In this document: one piece after another, positions 1-9,939 of the stretch
How the letters are laid out: each line of letters opens with the position of its first letter
Position numbering within the stretch: position 1 is the stretch's first letter
Source: Verrucomicrobiales bacterium
GTDB taxonomy: Bacteria; Verrucomicrobiota; Verrucomicrobiia; Verrucomicrobiales; V1-33
DNA: 64,000 nucleotides
Direction of reading: 5' to 3'
NCBI GenBank assembly: GCA_031411295.1
Contig: JANOAV010000037.1
Span: 63,976-127,975, forward strand
The notes under the pieces: model-generated
The model's input: the letters and a program-made list of their open reading frames with translations, nothing else
What the model was told of the DNA's origin: nothing
The model's database searches: none
Position numbers and translations under genes: made by a program

Positions 1-641
1 AAGAGTATCAGATGCGGTTCGAGCCTGCGGCCTTGGAGTTGTTTGTCATGTTAGCAGGAGAGCATACCCAGCAAATCGACAACGAGTTGGCCAAACTCGA
101 CCTCTATGTCGGCAAGGATCGGGCGGTCACGCCAGACGATGTGCGCATGATCGTGTCCCAAACGAAGAATGGAATCATCTGGGACTTGGGCGATGCCATC
201 GGGGCCAGACAGTTGCCACGAGCACTCAAAGTGCTGGAACAGTTGCTGCATCAAGGGGAAAACGCCATCGGTATCCTGCTGGCGGCCATCGTTCCCCGAG
301 TGCGAAATTTATTCCAAGCCCGGGAGTTGGCGGAAGTGTATGGAGTGAAGAACATTTCCAGCTACCCCAGCTACGTGCAAAGCTTGGAGCGCTTGCCCGA
401 AGAAATTCGCGAGGGGTTGCCCATGAAGAAGGATGGCACGGGGATCAACGGTTTTCCGCTGTTCCTAGCCGCCAAAGAGATGGGGAAATACACCGCGCTG
501 GAGCTGCGCGCAGCGCTGGAAGAATGCCTCAAGGCGAATCGACGGCTGGTAACGACAGCGTTGGATCACGACGTGGTCTTGAACCAATTGCTGATCCGCA
601 TTCTCAGCCAACCGGCACGCAAACCAGCCCCAACGCGCTAA
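1..641 (+). CDS. holA: DNA polymerase III delta subunit, 5'-partial
   Basis: Lid/collar pattern IDNELAKLDLY...IWDLGDAIGARQLPRALKVLEQLL; the frame is open to the window edge. Confidence 0.8.
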   Translation, partial: EYQMRFEPAALELFVMLAGEHTQQIDNELAKLDLYVGKDRAVTPDDVRMIVSQTKNGIIWDLGDAIGARQLPRALKVLEQLLHQGENAIGILLAAIVPRVRNLFQARELAEVYGVKNISSYPSYVQSLERLPEEIREGLPMKKDGTGINGFPLFLAAKEMGKYTALELRAALEECLKANRRLVTTALDHDVVLNQLLIRILSQPARKPAPTR

Positions 642-982
642 TGGATTCACCTGCGAAACGCAAAATTTACTATCAATGCCAACGCTGCGCCAATTGCTGC
701 AAATGGCCTGGCGACGTGGTTCTCTGGGATGATGAGATCACCAGAATAGCCGAATTTCTAAAGCTGCCACGAAATGAATTCATCGACCGCTTCACCCGGC
801 TCAGAGCGAATCGCACCGGGCTGTCGTTGATCGAAAAGCAAAATGGCGAGTGCATTTTCCTGGAAGGAATCAATTGCCAAATCAATCCCGTGAAGCCGGA
901 GCAGTGCAAAGATTTCCCCAATAAATGGAATTTCCCCGGCTGGCGGGACCGCTGCGAGGCGATTCCAGTGGAGATCGATTGA
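641..982 (+). CDS. YkgJ family cysteine-cluster protein
   Basis: CQRCANCC...CIFLEGINCQINPVKPEQCKDFP; ATG 641 overlaps the holA stop (TAATG). Confidence 0.85.
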   Translation: MDSPAKRKIYYQCQRCANCCKWPGDVVLWDDEITRIAEFLKLPRNEFIDRFTRLRANRTGLSLIEKQNGECIFLEGINCQINPVKPEQCKDFPNKWNFPGWRDRCEAIPVEID

Positions 983-991
983 TGCCGGTAA

Positions 992-1906
992 TCATTTTCG
1001 AAAACGCTGACCAACCCACAGATCCCCGCCCGTGCTCCCAGAGGCATAGGCTTGCGGTCGCACGCCTCGGCGGATGTCCACCATGGCTGAAAGAATTTCC
1101 ATCACGAAGGTGGCAGAACCAAGCACCAGTCCTTTCACCAGCGCGGCCTGCCTACTCTGGAGGAAAGTGGCTAGAGCCGATGATTTCGATTGATCGGCTG
1201 CTGATATCCCATCCACGAGGTCCTGGTAAGATGACGCCGATGTAGGCTCGGTAATGCGTGCTAATCCTTGTTTACTCTCCATATTTCCAACAGCAGCACT
1301 GCCAACCCCAGAAAATGGATAATCCACCGCTGCGGTCACAATCCCGGCGCGCACTGGATTCAGATCAATATAGGCTGCTACGATGTGCAGCGGATTGGAG
1401 CCTTCATCTCGGGACTCAATCACAACGCTCTTAAATCGTTCCGTCCAGAGCGTGCCCTTGGTGTCGTGTCGGCGGTTATACCACATGGTGAAGCGTTGTT
1501 TCAACAACTTCATGAAGATCGAGAGATCATGCATCCGCCCGAGGTGCAAGGCAAGTTCCTCCTCCCACAGGAGCTTGGTATTTCCAGTGTTAAGGCCATT
1601 AAACAAGCTCTGAAGTAGGTCGGCAGGTTCGGACCCATAGAGATCCTGGACCCGCTGGATGAGATGCGCTGGACGAAGCGCGGCATCCGCAGCGGATTTT
1701 TCAGGCACGCGCACCAGGAGGTGAAAATGATTGCTCATGAGGCAGAAGGTGAGGATTTCCACCCCACAGTAATTGGCCACCCGAGGCAGAAGTTCGAGGA
1801 GAAAAGTCTTCTCTTCCAAGCCCAACCAAAGCTGGCCTTGAGTGACACGGCAAACAATGTGATAGCAAGCTGATTGGCGGATGATTTTAAGGCGAGGACG
1901 ACGCAT
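992..1906 (-). mobile_element. RAYT-type (IS200/IS605-like Y1 HUH) tyrosine transposase
   Basis: YHIVCR, FCLMSNHFHLL (HUH), KQRFTMWYNRRH...GTLWTERFKS and YIDLNPVRAG (catalytic Tyr). Start placed at MRRPR, just downstream of a TTGACA promoter. Confidence 0.9.
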
Positions 1907-1915
1907 GATAACGAG

Positions 1916-1944
1916 ACGATTGCAGAGAGTGCCGCTCTTGTCAA
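1916..1944 (-). promoter_or_regulatory. sigma70-like promoter of the RAYT gene
   Basis: TTGACA-17-AATCGT, with the ATG 9 nt after the -10 box. Confidence 0.55.
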
Positions 1945-1951
1945 GCAATAA

Positions 1952-1964
1952 GGGGACTGTCCCC
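1952..1964. repeat. GGGGAC-T-GTCCCC palindrome upstream of the RAYT gene
   Basis: Perfect 6-bp arms next to the transposase promoter. Confidence 0.6.
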
Positions 1965-2004
1965 ATAATTCTTGGCCCCGGGGCGTTTCCGTAATTGGGG
2001 GGGG

Positions 2005-2109
2005 CTAGCGTTTCATGATGATGACTAGCAGGGCTGCGATGGCGAAGGCCAAGAGGGACCAGGAGAGGCCGCTGCTTTTCATGGAGGGGAGGGGGGATGA
2101 AGTTTTCAT
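2005..2109 (-). CDS. putative 34-aa membrane peptide
   Basis: Manual translation MKTSSPLPSMKSSGLSWSLLAFAIAALLVIIMKR; fills the intergenic gap. Confidence 0.4.
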   Translation of the reverse strand: MKTSSPLPSMKSSGLSWSLLAFAIAALLVIIMKR

Positions 2110-2187
2110 GGTTGCTGGTTCGACGTGGGGCCGGAAACGTTTATTCACTGGCATTGACGTGGGCTGAGAATGGCTTTTGATTGGCGG

Positions 2188-3267
2188 ATGGAAAAATCCG
2201 CGAAAGACTTTTTATTCGACCTTCTGACGACGGCTTCACCGACTGGCTTTGAAATTGCCGGGCAACGGAAATGGGCGACGTATGCGCGTCAGTTTGCCGA
2301 TTCGGTGGACAATGATGCGTATGGCACGGCTTGGGCAACTTTGGTGGGAAATGGAAAATCTGAGATCAAATTGATGCTGGAGGCTCATGCGGATGAGATC
2401 GGATTTATGGTCAAGCATGTGACGGCTGAAGGGTATTTGCACATTGATCGAATCGGTGGATCGGATCATGCGACGGCCCGGGGACGCAGGGTTATTTTTG
2501 AGGGCGACAAGGGACCAGTGAAGGGAATCATTGGCAATACGGCAATCCATATCCGGGATCGGACGGGTGGGGAGAAGGCTCCGGAGGTGCATGAGCTTTA
2601 TGTGGATGTGGGAGCGATCAATGCCAAGGAGGTGGCGAAACTGGGGCTGCGGATTGGGCATCCCGGGGTTTATGCGGATACGCCGGAGGAGTTCGGGCAG
2701 GGACGCATCGTGGGACGAGCGTTGGATAACCGGATCGGCGGATTCATTATTGCGGAGGTCCTGAAGCGGTTGAAGAAGCAGCGCACGAAGCTCAATTGCA
2801 CCGTGGTGGCGGTGAACGCGGTGCAGGAGGAGATCGGCGGCTACGGTGCGCAGATGGCCACGCACCGTTTGTTCCCTGACGTGGCGTTATGTCTGGATGT
2901 GACCCACGCGACGGACACGCCAGGCATCGATAAGACAAAACATGGTGCGGTGACACTTGGTGGTGGGCCGAGTATTACTCATGGGAATGCCTGCCATGCC
3001 AATGTGGTGCAACGACTTATCAAGGTGGCGGACAAGGAAGCGATGACGATTCAGCACGAATCCTCTTCGCGCTTTACGGGCACGGATACGGACAGCATTT
3101 ACGCGGTGCGGGAAGGGGTGCCGAGCGCGCTCGTTTCGCTACCGCTGCGTTATATGCACAGCGTGGTGGAGATGGTGGACTTGAAAGATGTGGAGAAGGT
3201 GATCGAGTTGATGACCGCCTTCGCTTTGAGCATTAAGCCGGGCGATAGTTTTGGACACAAACTTTAA
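2188..3267 (+). CDS. M42 family metallopeptidase
   Basis: AHADEIG, ALDNRIG, QEEIG, LDVTHA and LRYMHS metal-binding motifs. Confidence 0.92.
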   Translation: MEKSAKDFLFDLLTTASPTGFEIAGQRKWATYARQFADSVDNDAYGTAWATLVGNGKSEIKLMLEAHADEIGFMVKHVTAEGYLHIDRIGGSDHATARGRRVIFEGDKGPVKGIIGNTAIHIRDRTGGEKAPEVHELYVDVGAINAKEVAKLGLRIGHPGVYADTPEEFGQGRIVGRALDNRIGGFIIAEVLKRLKKQRTKLNCTVVAVNAVQEEIGGYGAQMATHRLFPDVALCLDVTHATDTPGIDKTKHGAVTLGGGPSITHGNACHANVVQRLIKVADKEAMTIQHESSSRFTGTDTDSIYAVREGVPSALVSLPLRYMHSVVEMVDLKDVEKVIELMTAFALSIKPGDSFGHKL

Positions 3268-3280
3268 CACGATAACATCT

Positions 3281-3631
3281 ATGCAAGTCGAACGAGTAAA
3301 ATACATTCTGTGGGCGGTTGATATGGCCCGGGCCGTGCGCTTTTACAGCGAAGTCTTTGGAGGCACCGTGCTGAAACAAAATGATGTCATCAGCGAGGTG
3401 GAAGTGTGCGGTGCGATCATCGGGATTCATGGCGGGGGCGAGGGTGGTAAAATTTGGACGGGGCTTAGTTTCCAAGTGCCGGACGTGATCGTGGGGGCGG
3501 CGGAGATTGTGGCGCATGGTGGCACCCTAACCAGAGAGCCTCAGCCAGAAAACGGGGAACCGCCGCATCTGGCAATGTGCGTGGACCCGGAGGGCAATGA
3601 AATCATGCTGTCACGCAAACGGAGTCACTAG
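3281..3631 (+). CDS. VOC/glyoxalase family protein
   Basis: AVDMARAVRFYSEVFG...DPEGNEIML. Confidence 0.85.
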   Translation: MQVERVKYILWAVDMARAVRFYSEVFGGTVLKQNDVISEVEVCGAIIGIHGGGEGGKIWTGLSFQVPDVIVGAAEIVAHGGTLTREPQPENGEPPHLAMCVDPEGNEIMLSRKRSH

Positions 3632-3668
3632 CCAAAAGTAAGCAGTGGCACCTCGTTGTCCGTCGGGT

Positions 3669-6600
3669 TCACCACTCTAGTCTGCTGCAACCGCCGTCAA
3701 TCTTGACGACGCGGATCTGGGTGCCGATACGTTCCTTCATGGCTTCGACGTGAGAAATTACACCGATGGTTTTTCCGGTATCACGGAGATTTTCCAATGC
3801 GGACATGGCGATTTCGATAGTGTCGGCATCGAGGGTGCCGAAACCTTCGTCGATGAAGAGGGAATCGATTCGTGAACTCCCTCCAGCGAGCTCAGAAAGC
3901 CCCAGCGCAAGTGCGAGGCTGACCAGGAAGCTTTCTCCGCCGGATAAACTTTTCATCGCTCGCGTCGTGTCCGCCTGGTAGTGGTCCACGATTTCCAGTT
4001 CCAGTTCGTCCGTGCGTTGGTTATCACATTGGAGTGAGTAGCGGGGGTTGAGGTGGGTTAAATGACGGTTTGCCAGCAGGACCAAACGTTCCAGCGTGAG
4101 CCCTTGGGCAAACTTCGCGAAGACGAGGCCAGTAGCGGATCCAATGAGACTGCTCAAGCGCCCCCAGCGCTCGCGGTCCCGCTCTGCTCCGGAAATCTCG
4201 GCAGAAATTCCAGCATGTCGGGCACGCTCAGAGTCATCGCGTGCCAAGTGTTCGATGGCAACTGCAAGCTGCCCTTGCCTCGTGGCTTGAGTGCTCTTCC
4301 GTTCGGCCACCGCGGCTTCCAGGTCAGTGTGAATCCGTGCATCTGCCAAAGCTTCGGGGGTTAGTCGAGCCCGATCCTGACCAAGTTTTTGCTGCCGGGT
4401 GGTCAGCGCGATCGCTCGGTTTTGCAGCGTGCTCAACTGGTCCTCAGCAGCGCGCACGGTGGCTGCATCCAGAATGGCAGCCTCTAATCCCTGAATACCG
4501 GAAAATCCGGCTTCACAGACAAGCACCGTTAGGGTTGACTCCTGAGCCGCTTGCTTGGTCCGGGAATCTTGCAAGGCGGTGAGTGCTTCCTGGATTCGTT
4601 GCTGCGCAGTAGTTAGGGAAAGCTGAGCTTTTTGATGAGCGGCGGTTGCTTTTTCCTTGTCGCTGCGGGCGGTGGCGAATCGCTTGTTGAAATCCAATTC
4701 TGTGGTGGCGACGGAATTTTTCCCAAATTTCAGTTCCCGCTGGAGCACCAGGGCTTCGTGGAGGTGCTGTGCTTTTTGCTCTGCGCTGATCAATGCTTCC
4801 AACTCTGGTTGCGCGATAGTTCGTTGCGCCTGCTTTACTTCGATGACCGCTTGGAGATTGTCGCGGTTTCCGATGAGCGCGCGAAGTTGTTGTTGTTTGT
4901 CCTCGAAAGCCTTCCTTCGCGTTTCCAAACGTCTGACGGCAGCGGTTGCTTCCACGAGAGAGGTTGCGCTTTCTGCGGCTGGCGACAGCGTGTCTTGGGT
5001 CAACTGGGTGATGGCGGCCACCGCTTGAAGCTCGGCTGCGTGTTTCGTGACAGTGGCCGATACTGCCTGCTGCGCGTTTTCTGCCTGTGTTACTGCGGTA
5101 GCCTGTGCCAAACGTTGGTCCTGCCAAACGCGCTCGGCTTTGGTGGCGGCTTGGATTTCGTTCGCCAACGCCTGTTCAGCTGCGCGGATGTCTTGAACGC
5201 GTTTAACGAGCGCGCCATGAGCGACCGTTTGTGCTTGCAGCAGCGAAGTTAGGTTGGTGGCATCGGCTAGCGGGATCCCGGCGTTCACGGCTTCCCATTG
5301 CGCGGAATTTGCTTCGAGTTGCTGCTCGGCTAGCTTAACTGCGGCGGCACTACTGCTGCCCTGGGTCTCCGCGCGAGTCGCGGCTTCGCGTGATTCCTGC
5401 AACGTTTGTTGCAGCTTCTTTAAATCCGTTTCAGACTGCTTGAGAGATCGCTTCAAATTGCCGATCTCGGTGGTGGGCACAGCATCGGGGTGGGCGTAGG
5501 GATGATCCAACGAGCCACACAGCGGGCAGGCTTCATTGGATTTCAGATTGGCGCGCTGAGATTCCAGCGTCTCCACGCGCTCGGCAAATGTCAACGCGGC
5601 CCGCCGAGCCTCCACCAAAGCAACCGCTTGGGTTTCCAGCTGCGTCTGGGTTTGGATGGTCGTTCTCAATTCCAACCAGGCTGCACGGGTAGCCTTAAGG
5701 GCCGTTTCCTGTTCGTGATGTTGTTGCTGGAGCTTAACACGTTCGGAGTAAATCCGTTGCAGCTCGGACAGTTGGCGTAAACGTTGTTCCGCCGCGTCGC
5801 GTGCCGCCTCCCAAGCGGTCGTCGGCTTTGCTTCCTGCAACGCGGCCAACCGTTGCTGAGTCTTGGTTCCAGCAGCGAGCGATGCTTCATGCAGGCTGGC
5901 CAAGCGCGTCTCTTCAACGCTCAGCTTGGCGACCACGCGCTGCGCCTTGGTGACGGCTTCGCGTCCTGCGGTCAATTCACGGGCGAGGACGTCCAGACGT
6001 TGTTGCTTCTCGGCCCAAACGCTGAGATGTCCTGCTAGGGGAGTGAGCATCAGGCTCAATTCGCCATCGGTCGCGCGCTCCTTCAGCCATGTTTCCAAGG
6101 TTTCGGTTTGCGTTCGCAGTTTCACTAATTCCTGCTGCCCGGTGGTCAACGCCGCGTCCAGTTCGGTTAACTTAGCGGCCTGGGCGGCGCGAGCTTTTTC
6201 GGCTGCGAGACGCTGCTGTTTCGCAGTGACCATATTGGCATCCAAAGCGGTGATTTCATGGAGGAGCGCGCGCAATGGCTGCTCTTCGGCTTCGATTTGC
6301 TGGAGGGATGCCGTCACGTCCCGCGCGATGCGTTCCGCTTCACTGGCTGATTCCCGCACGAGCGGCAACCGCTCCTGCCATTGCTCGAGTTCTCGTTCCT
6401 TCTGCTGTAGCGTCTGCCTGGCGGTGCGCCAATCGGCCAAGCCGCCTTGCAGCGGCAGCGCCTGGCGGTGCTTCGCCAGCGCTTCTGACATGGGGCTAAA
6501 AGCGTGTTGGTCACTCGTCAGCGTCAACGCTGCTGCGGTCAGGGCGCTCGCTTCGGCTTCGCAACGTGAGGCGTCCCGAGCCATTTGCAGTCTTGCTTCC

Positions 6601-7322
6601 AACGTCTGCAAATCAACCTCGAATTGCGTCAATTGCTGGTTTAGCCGGGAAATCTCCTGCTGTTTGGTGGCGCGATCTTCGTCTGTTAGCAATTTCACTT
6701 CCCCTTGCCGCAGGCGGAGGTCGTTCAGGCCACGTTCGGCAGTTTTGGCGCGCTCATAGGCGGCTCGGGAGATTTCGCCATAGATGGCAGTGCCGGTTAC
6801 TTGCTCCAGCAATTGCGTGCGCTCTTTGGCTTCCGCTTTCAGGAAGGCTGCGAATTCGCCTTGCGCCAACATCACGGAGCGGAGGAAGCGATGATAATCC
6901 AGACCTGTTAGCTCGATGATTTTGAGATCCGCCTCGCGCAATTTTTCAGCGATGACAGTCTCGGTGGCCATGGCGATGATCCGCCGCGTAGGCTGCTGGA
7001 GATCGCCATCCGGTTTCTTGCGGGAGCGATGCAGTTGCCACACGCTGCGGTAAATTCCACTGGCGCACGCAAATTCCACCTCCGCCGAGCACTCGCCCGT
7101 ATGGCGGCTCATCATTTGCTCTGGCCGATCCTCACCATAACGTGCGGCCCGGCCATAGAGTGCCAGAGTGATGGCATCCAAAATGGTGGTTTTGCCCGCT
7201 CCGGTTTGGCCTACGATGGCAAACAAGCCAGCTCCAGCAAACGGAGGCTGGGTGAAATCCAAGACCGGAGATTCCCCGCGCAGCGAGTTCAAGTTCGTGA
7301 AACGCAGTCGGAGAATTTTCAT
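3669..7322 (-). CDS. sbcC: SbcC/Rad50 ATPase
   Basis: Walker A GQTGAGKTT, coiled coil, zinc hook CPLCG, LSGGE signature, FIDEGFGTLD. Confidence 0.95.
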   Translation of the reverse strand: MKILRLRFTNLNSLRGESPVLDFTQPPFAGAGLFAIVGQTGAGKTTILDAITLALYGRAARYGEDRPEQMMSRHTGECSAEVEFACASGIYRSVWQLHRSRKKPDGDLQQPTRRIIAMATETVIAEKLREADLKIIELTGLDYHRFLRSVMLAQGEFAAFLKAEAKERTQLLEQVTGTAIYGEISRAAYERAKTAERGLNDLRLRQGEVKLLTDEDRATKQQEISRLNQQLTQFEVDLQTLEARLQMARDASRCEAEASALTAAALTLTSDQHAFSPMSEALAKHRQALPLQGGLADWRTARQTLQQKERELEQWQERLPLVRESASEAERIARDVTASLQQIEAEEQPLRALLHEITALDANMVTAKQQRLAAEKARAAQAAKLTELDAALTTGQQELVKLRTQTETLETWLKERATDGELSLMLTPLAGHLSVWAEKQQRLDVLARELTAGREAVTKAQRVVAKLSVEETRLASLHEASLAAGTKTQQRLAALQEAKPTTAWEAARDAAEQRLRQLSELQRIYSERVKLQQQHHEQETALKATRAAWLELRTTIQTQTQLETQAVALVEARRAALTFAERVETLESQRANLKSNEACPLCGSLDHPYAHPDAVPTTEIGNLKRSLKQSETDLKKLQQTLQESREAATRAETQGSSSAAAVKLAEQQLEANSAQWEAVNAGIPLADATNLTSLLQAQTVAHGALVKRVQDIRAAEQALANEIQAATKAERVWQDQRLAQATAVTQAENAQQAVSATVTKHAAELQAVAAITQLTQDTLSPAAESATSLVEATAAVRRLETRRKAFEDKQQQLRALIGNRDNLQAVIEVKQAQRTIAQPELEALISAEQKAQHLHEALVLQRELKFGKNSVATTELDFNKRFATARSDKEKATAAHQKAQLSLTTAQQRIQEALTALQDSRTKQAAQESTLTVLVCEAGFSGIQGLEAAILDAATVRAAEDQLSTLQNRAIALTTRQQKLGQDRARLTPEALADARIHTDLEAAVAERKSTQATRQGQLAVAIEHLARDDSERARHAGISAEISGAERDRERWGRLSSLIGSATGLVFAKFAQGLTLERLVLLANRHLTHLNPRYSLQCDNQRTDELELEIVDHYQADTTRAMKSLSGGESFLVSLALALGLSELAGGSSRIDSLFIDEGFGTLDADTIEIAMSALENLRDTGKTIGVISHVEAMKERIGTQIRVVKIDGGCSRLEW

Positions 7323-8521
7323 GCGGTGGTTACCTCCTGCATGTGACTAAGCAGTTCGTGGAACGTGCCCATGAGCGCCACGTAATCGTCGCTGGATGGC
7401 TCCACGCCTTCACGACGCAATTTTTCTGCGAAGATGTCTTGGGGAGTGGTTTCGTGGAGTTCACGACCTGCGAGGGGACTGAGAACGAAGGGGGTAGTCG
7501 ATTTCTGACGGACTAACTTCAAGACTTGAACTCCAGCAGCAGCGGCAGCAGCTCGCACCATGGGGTCCAAATCTGCCGGGGCGACCGTATCGGAGATCGT
7601 CAATTCCACCCAAGGAGTTAAGATGGTGCTCACGGCTTCATCCTTCAGGCGTTGCAAGGTCGACACCAGGGAGGCCACATCGCACTGGGCGCTCGCCAGT
7701 TTCCGCCAGAGGGGCACTGGCAGGGCCTCGTGGGTCACGGGTTGGTTCTTGTTAACCGTTAGGATGACCACTTGCTTGGCATTCGCCACCTCGTCGAAGG
7801 CCAGAAATATGGGGGAGCCGGCATACCGGACCGACTCACGTCGCGCTACGCACTGAGGCCGATGGATGTGACCTAACGCAACGTAATCATAACCATCAAA
7901 ACAGTCTGCACCCACCGCCCCTAAATTTCCAATGTGAATGTCCCGTTCACTGGTGGCGCTGGTTACGCCCACCGCCGTGAGGTGGCCGGTGCCAATGATG
8001 GGGCGACCTGCGGCGGCATTTTGGGCAGCCGCCAGAATCTTGGCGTAGTGCGCTTTAATGCCAGCGCGCAGGGAAGCCACGATTTCATCGTGAGTCTGTC
8101 CGGCCTCGGCGGTGCGGACATCCCGCTCGCGCAGAAATGGAATCGCGCAGACGATGGCATCAGGGAATTCCAGAAGCGCGTCGGTGGAGTCGGCGGGCGC
8201 GGCTCCATGCACGTGAACCCGCAGGGAGCGGAGCAGTTCGCGCGGGGCATTCAAGGTGGCGGCCGAGTCATGATTTCCTCCGATGATGAGCACGGCACAG
8301 TTGGTGCCGGATAAGGCGGCCAGGAAGCGGTAATATTGCGCCAGAGCGGTTTGTGGTGGGTTGGCGCTATCAAAGATATCACCTGCCACGATCAGCAAAT
8401 CAACCTGGCGCGTTTGGATCGTTTCGAGCAACCACTGCAAAAAGCACTGGTGCTCCGCGCTGCGCTCGTGATCAACGAGTCGCGCGCCGAGGTGCCAATC
8501 TGCGGTGTGAAGGATTAACAT
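7319..8521 (-). CDS. sbcD: SbcD/Mre11 nuclease
   Basis: HTADWHLG, AGDIFD, GNHD, ALGHIH; 4-nt overlap with sbcC. Confidence 0.95.
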   Translation of the reverse strand: MLILHTADWHLGARLVDHERSAEHQCFLQWLLETIQTRQVDLLIVAGDIFDSANPPQTALAQYYRFLAALSGTNCAVLIIGGNHDSAATLNAPRELLRSLRVHVHGAAPADSTDALLEFPDAIVCAIPFLRERDVRTAEAGQTHDEIVASLRAGIKAHYAKILAAAQNAAAGRPIIGTGHLTAVGVTSATSERDIHIGNLGAVGADCFDGYDYVALGHIHRPQCVARRESVRYAGSPIFLAFDEVANAKQVVILTVNKNQPVTHEALPVPLWRKLASAQCDVASLVSTLQRLKDEAVSTILTPWVELTISDTVAPADLDPMVRAAAAAAGVQVLKLVRQKSTTPFVLSPLAGRELHETTPQDIFAEKLRREGVEPSSDDYVALMGTFHELLSHMQEVTTA

Positions 8522-8626
8522 GAAGCGTCAGGTAAAGCGACGGAAAGGAATACGCAAGGCCAACAGGGAGCCACCCAAATGAAACGGGGTGGGACTTGGG
8601 GTTAGGCGTGGTGAGGGGCTTAGTCT

Positions 8627-8904
8627 AAGTTGCGTTCAAGATGAGATCTTCTCGCATTCAAGCCGGAGGCTTGACAGAAATTAGCCGGAGGTTGAGCGAT
8701 ACCCCCGGTATCCCAAGGAAATGACCGCATCCCGGCATGGATGCCAGAATAGGATCGTGCCAAGCCATTTCCCCCCATATTGCTGATCTGGCATCCCTGC
8801 TGGGATGCGATTCTTTTGGTCCTCTAATCGGGGGTATCGCTATCGCTCAACCCCCGGCTAATTTCTGAGATCCCTCCGGGATCACCTCATCTTGAACGCA
8901 ACTT
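8627..8904. repeat. nested inverted-repeat element (MITE/REPIN-like)
   Basis: Perfect 19-bp outer IR aagttgcgttcaagatgag (8627-8645 / 8886-8904); middle arms cagaaattagccggaggttgagcgata / tatcgctcaacccccggctaatttctg; inner arms cgcatcccggcatggatgccaga / tctggcatccctgctgggatgcg. Confidence 0.88.
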
Positions 8905-8908
8905 GGAA

Positions 8909-9802
8909 TTAGCCCCCTAGTGCTGAATACAGCCCGTGGCGCATCGCTTCGATGGGGGCGGGTTGATCGAACCACCACTCGAAGCTGACGGCTCCCTGGT
9001 GCAGGAGCATCGGCAGGCCATTGATGGCTTGGCAGCCGATGGCTTTGGCTTGTTGGAGAAATTTAGTTTCCAGTGGCTTGTAAACCATGTCGTAGGCCAG
9101 ATGGCGTGACTCCAAGGCCGCTCCTGCCAGCACCTCTGGATCGTCCGCCTTCATGCCCAAGTTGGTGCCATTGATGATCAGATCCACGGAGCCTAGCACC
9201 GCCGCAATACGGTCGGCGGTCCATGGTTCCACGCGGATGCGGTTGGCAGGGAAAAACGCGGACAATTCCTGCTGCAAGGCGGTCACTTTATCCAGCGAGC
9301 GATTCATGAGCACGAGTTCCTGACAGTTTTCCAACGCGCACTGCACCGCCACGGCTCGTCCCGCTCCGCCGCCTGCGCCAATGATGAGGATGCGCAGGTC
9401 TTTGACTGCGGCGGAGAATCCCTCCTGCACTGCGCGCACGAAGCCCGGGCCATCACTGTTGCGGCCGATGGATTGGCCATTGCGGAAAATGATCGTGTTC
9501 ACTGCGCCCAGCCGTTGCGCTTGTTCGGACACGATGTCCACGGTGCGCAGCGCGGTAAATTTATGGGGAATGGTAACGTTAGTGCCATAGAGGCCGAGTT
9601 CGTGGATTCGTTTTAGGGCCGCGGTAAATTCTGCTTCCTTGACCTCGATGCGCACGTATTCGCCTGGGATGCCGAGCGCCTTGAGGGCCGGATTATGCAG
9701 TTGCGGGGAGAGGGAGTGGGCCACGGGATCACCAAAGACGGAGAGCACCGCCGAGGTTTTCCGCATCGTTTGTAATTCTGCCAGAGTAAAGAAATTCGCC
9801 AT
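8909..9802 (-). CDS. aroE: shikimate dehydrogenase
   Basis: GDPVAHSLSPQLHN, NVTIPHK, GAVNT, NSDGPG, GAGGGAGRA, YDMVYKP. Confidence 0.95.
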   Translation of the reverse strand: MANFFTLAELQTMRKTSAVLSVFGDPVAHSLSPQLHNPALKALGIPGEYVRIEVKEAEFTAALKRIHELGLYGTNVTIPHKFTALRTVDIVSEQAQRLGAVNTIIFRNGQSIGRNSDGPGFVRAVQEGFSAAVKDLRILIIGAGGGAGRAVAVQCALENCQELVLMNRSLDKVTALQQELSAFFPANRIRVEPWTADRIAAVLGSVDLIINGTNLGMKADDPEVLAGAALESRHLAYDMVYKPLETKFLQQAKAIGCQAINGLPMLLHQGAVSFEWWFDQPAPIEAMRHGLYSALGG

Positions 9803-9939
9803 GGCCAAGTCATAGCCAGCGGGCGCGCACTGTCCATGCGGAATGTAGTGTCTGCTTACCCGAAAACGCAGGCATCATTGCGGGAGCGCGACACGTGACC
9901 AGTAGCTTGACTTTGCGGGGACGGGACCGATGTCGGGAC

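Noticed and set aside
3766..7350. Long + strand ORFs inside sbcC (and similar shadow ORFs throughout the window)
   Set aside because: Antisense or alternate-frame artefacts of GC-rich coding DNA with no recognisable motifs.
3669..8521. SbcCD as an anti-phage module
   Set aside because: Canonical repair pair with no defence-type neighbours.
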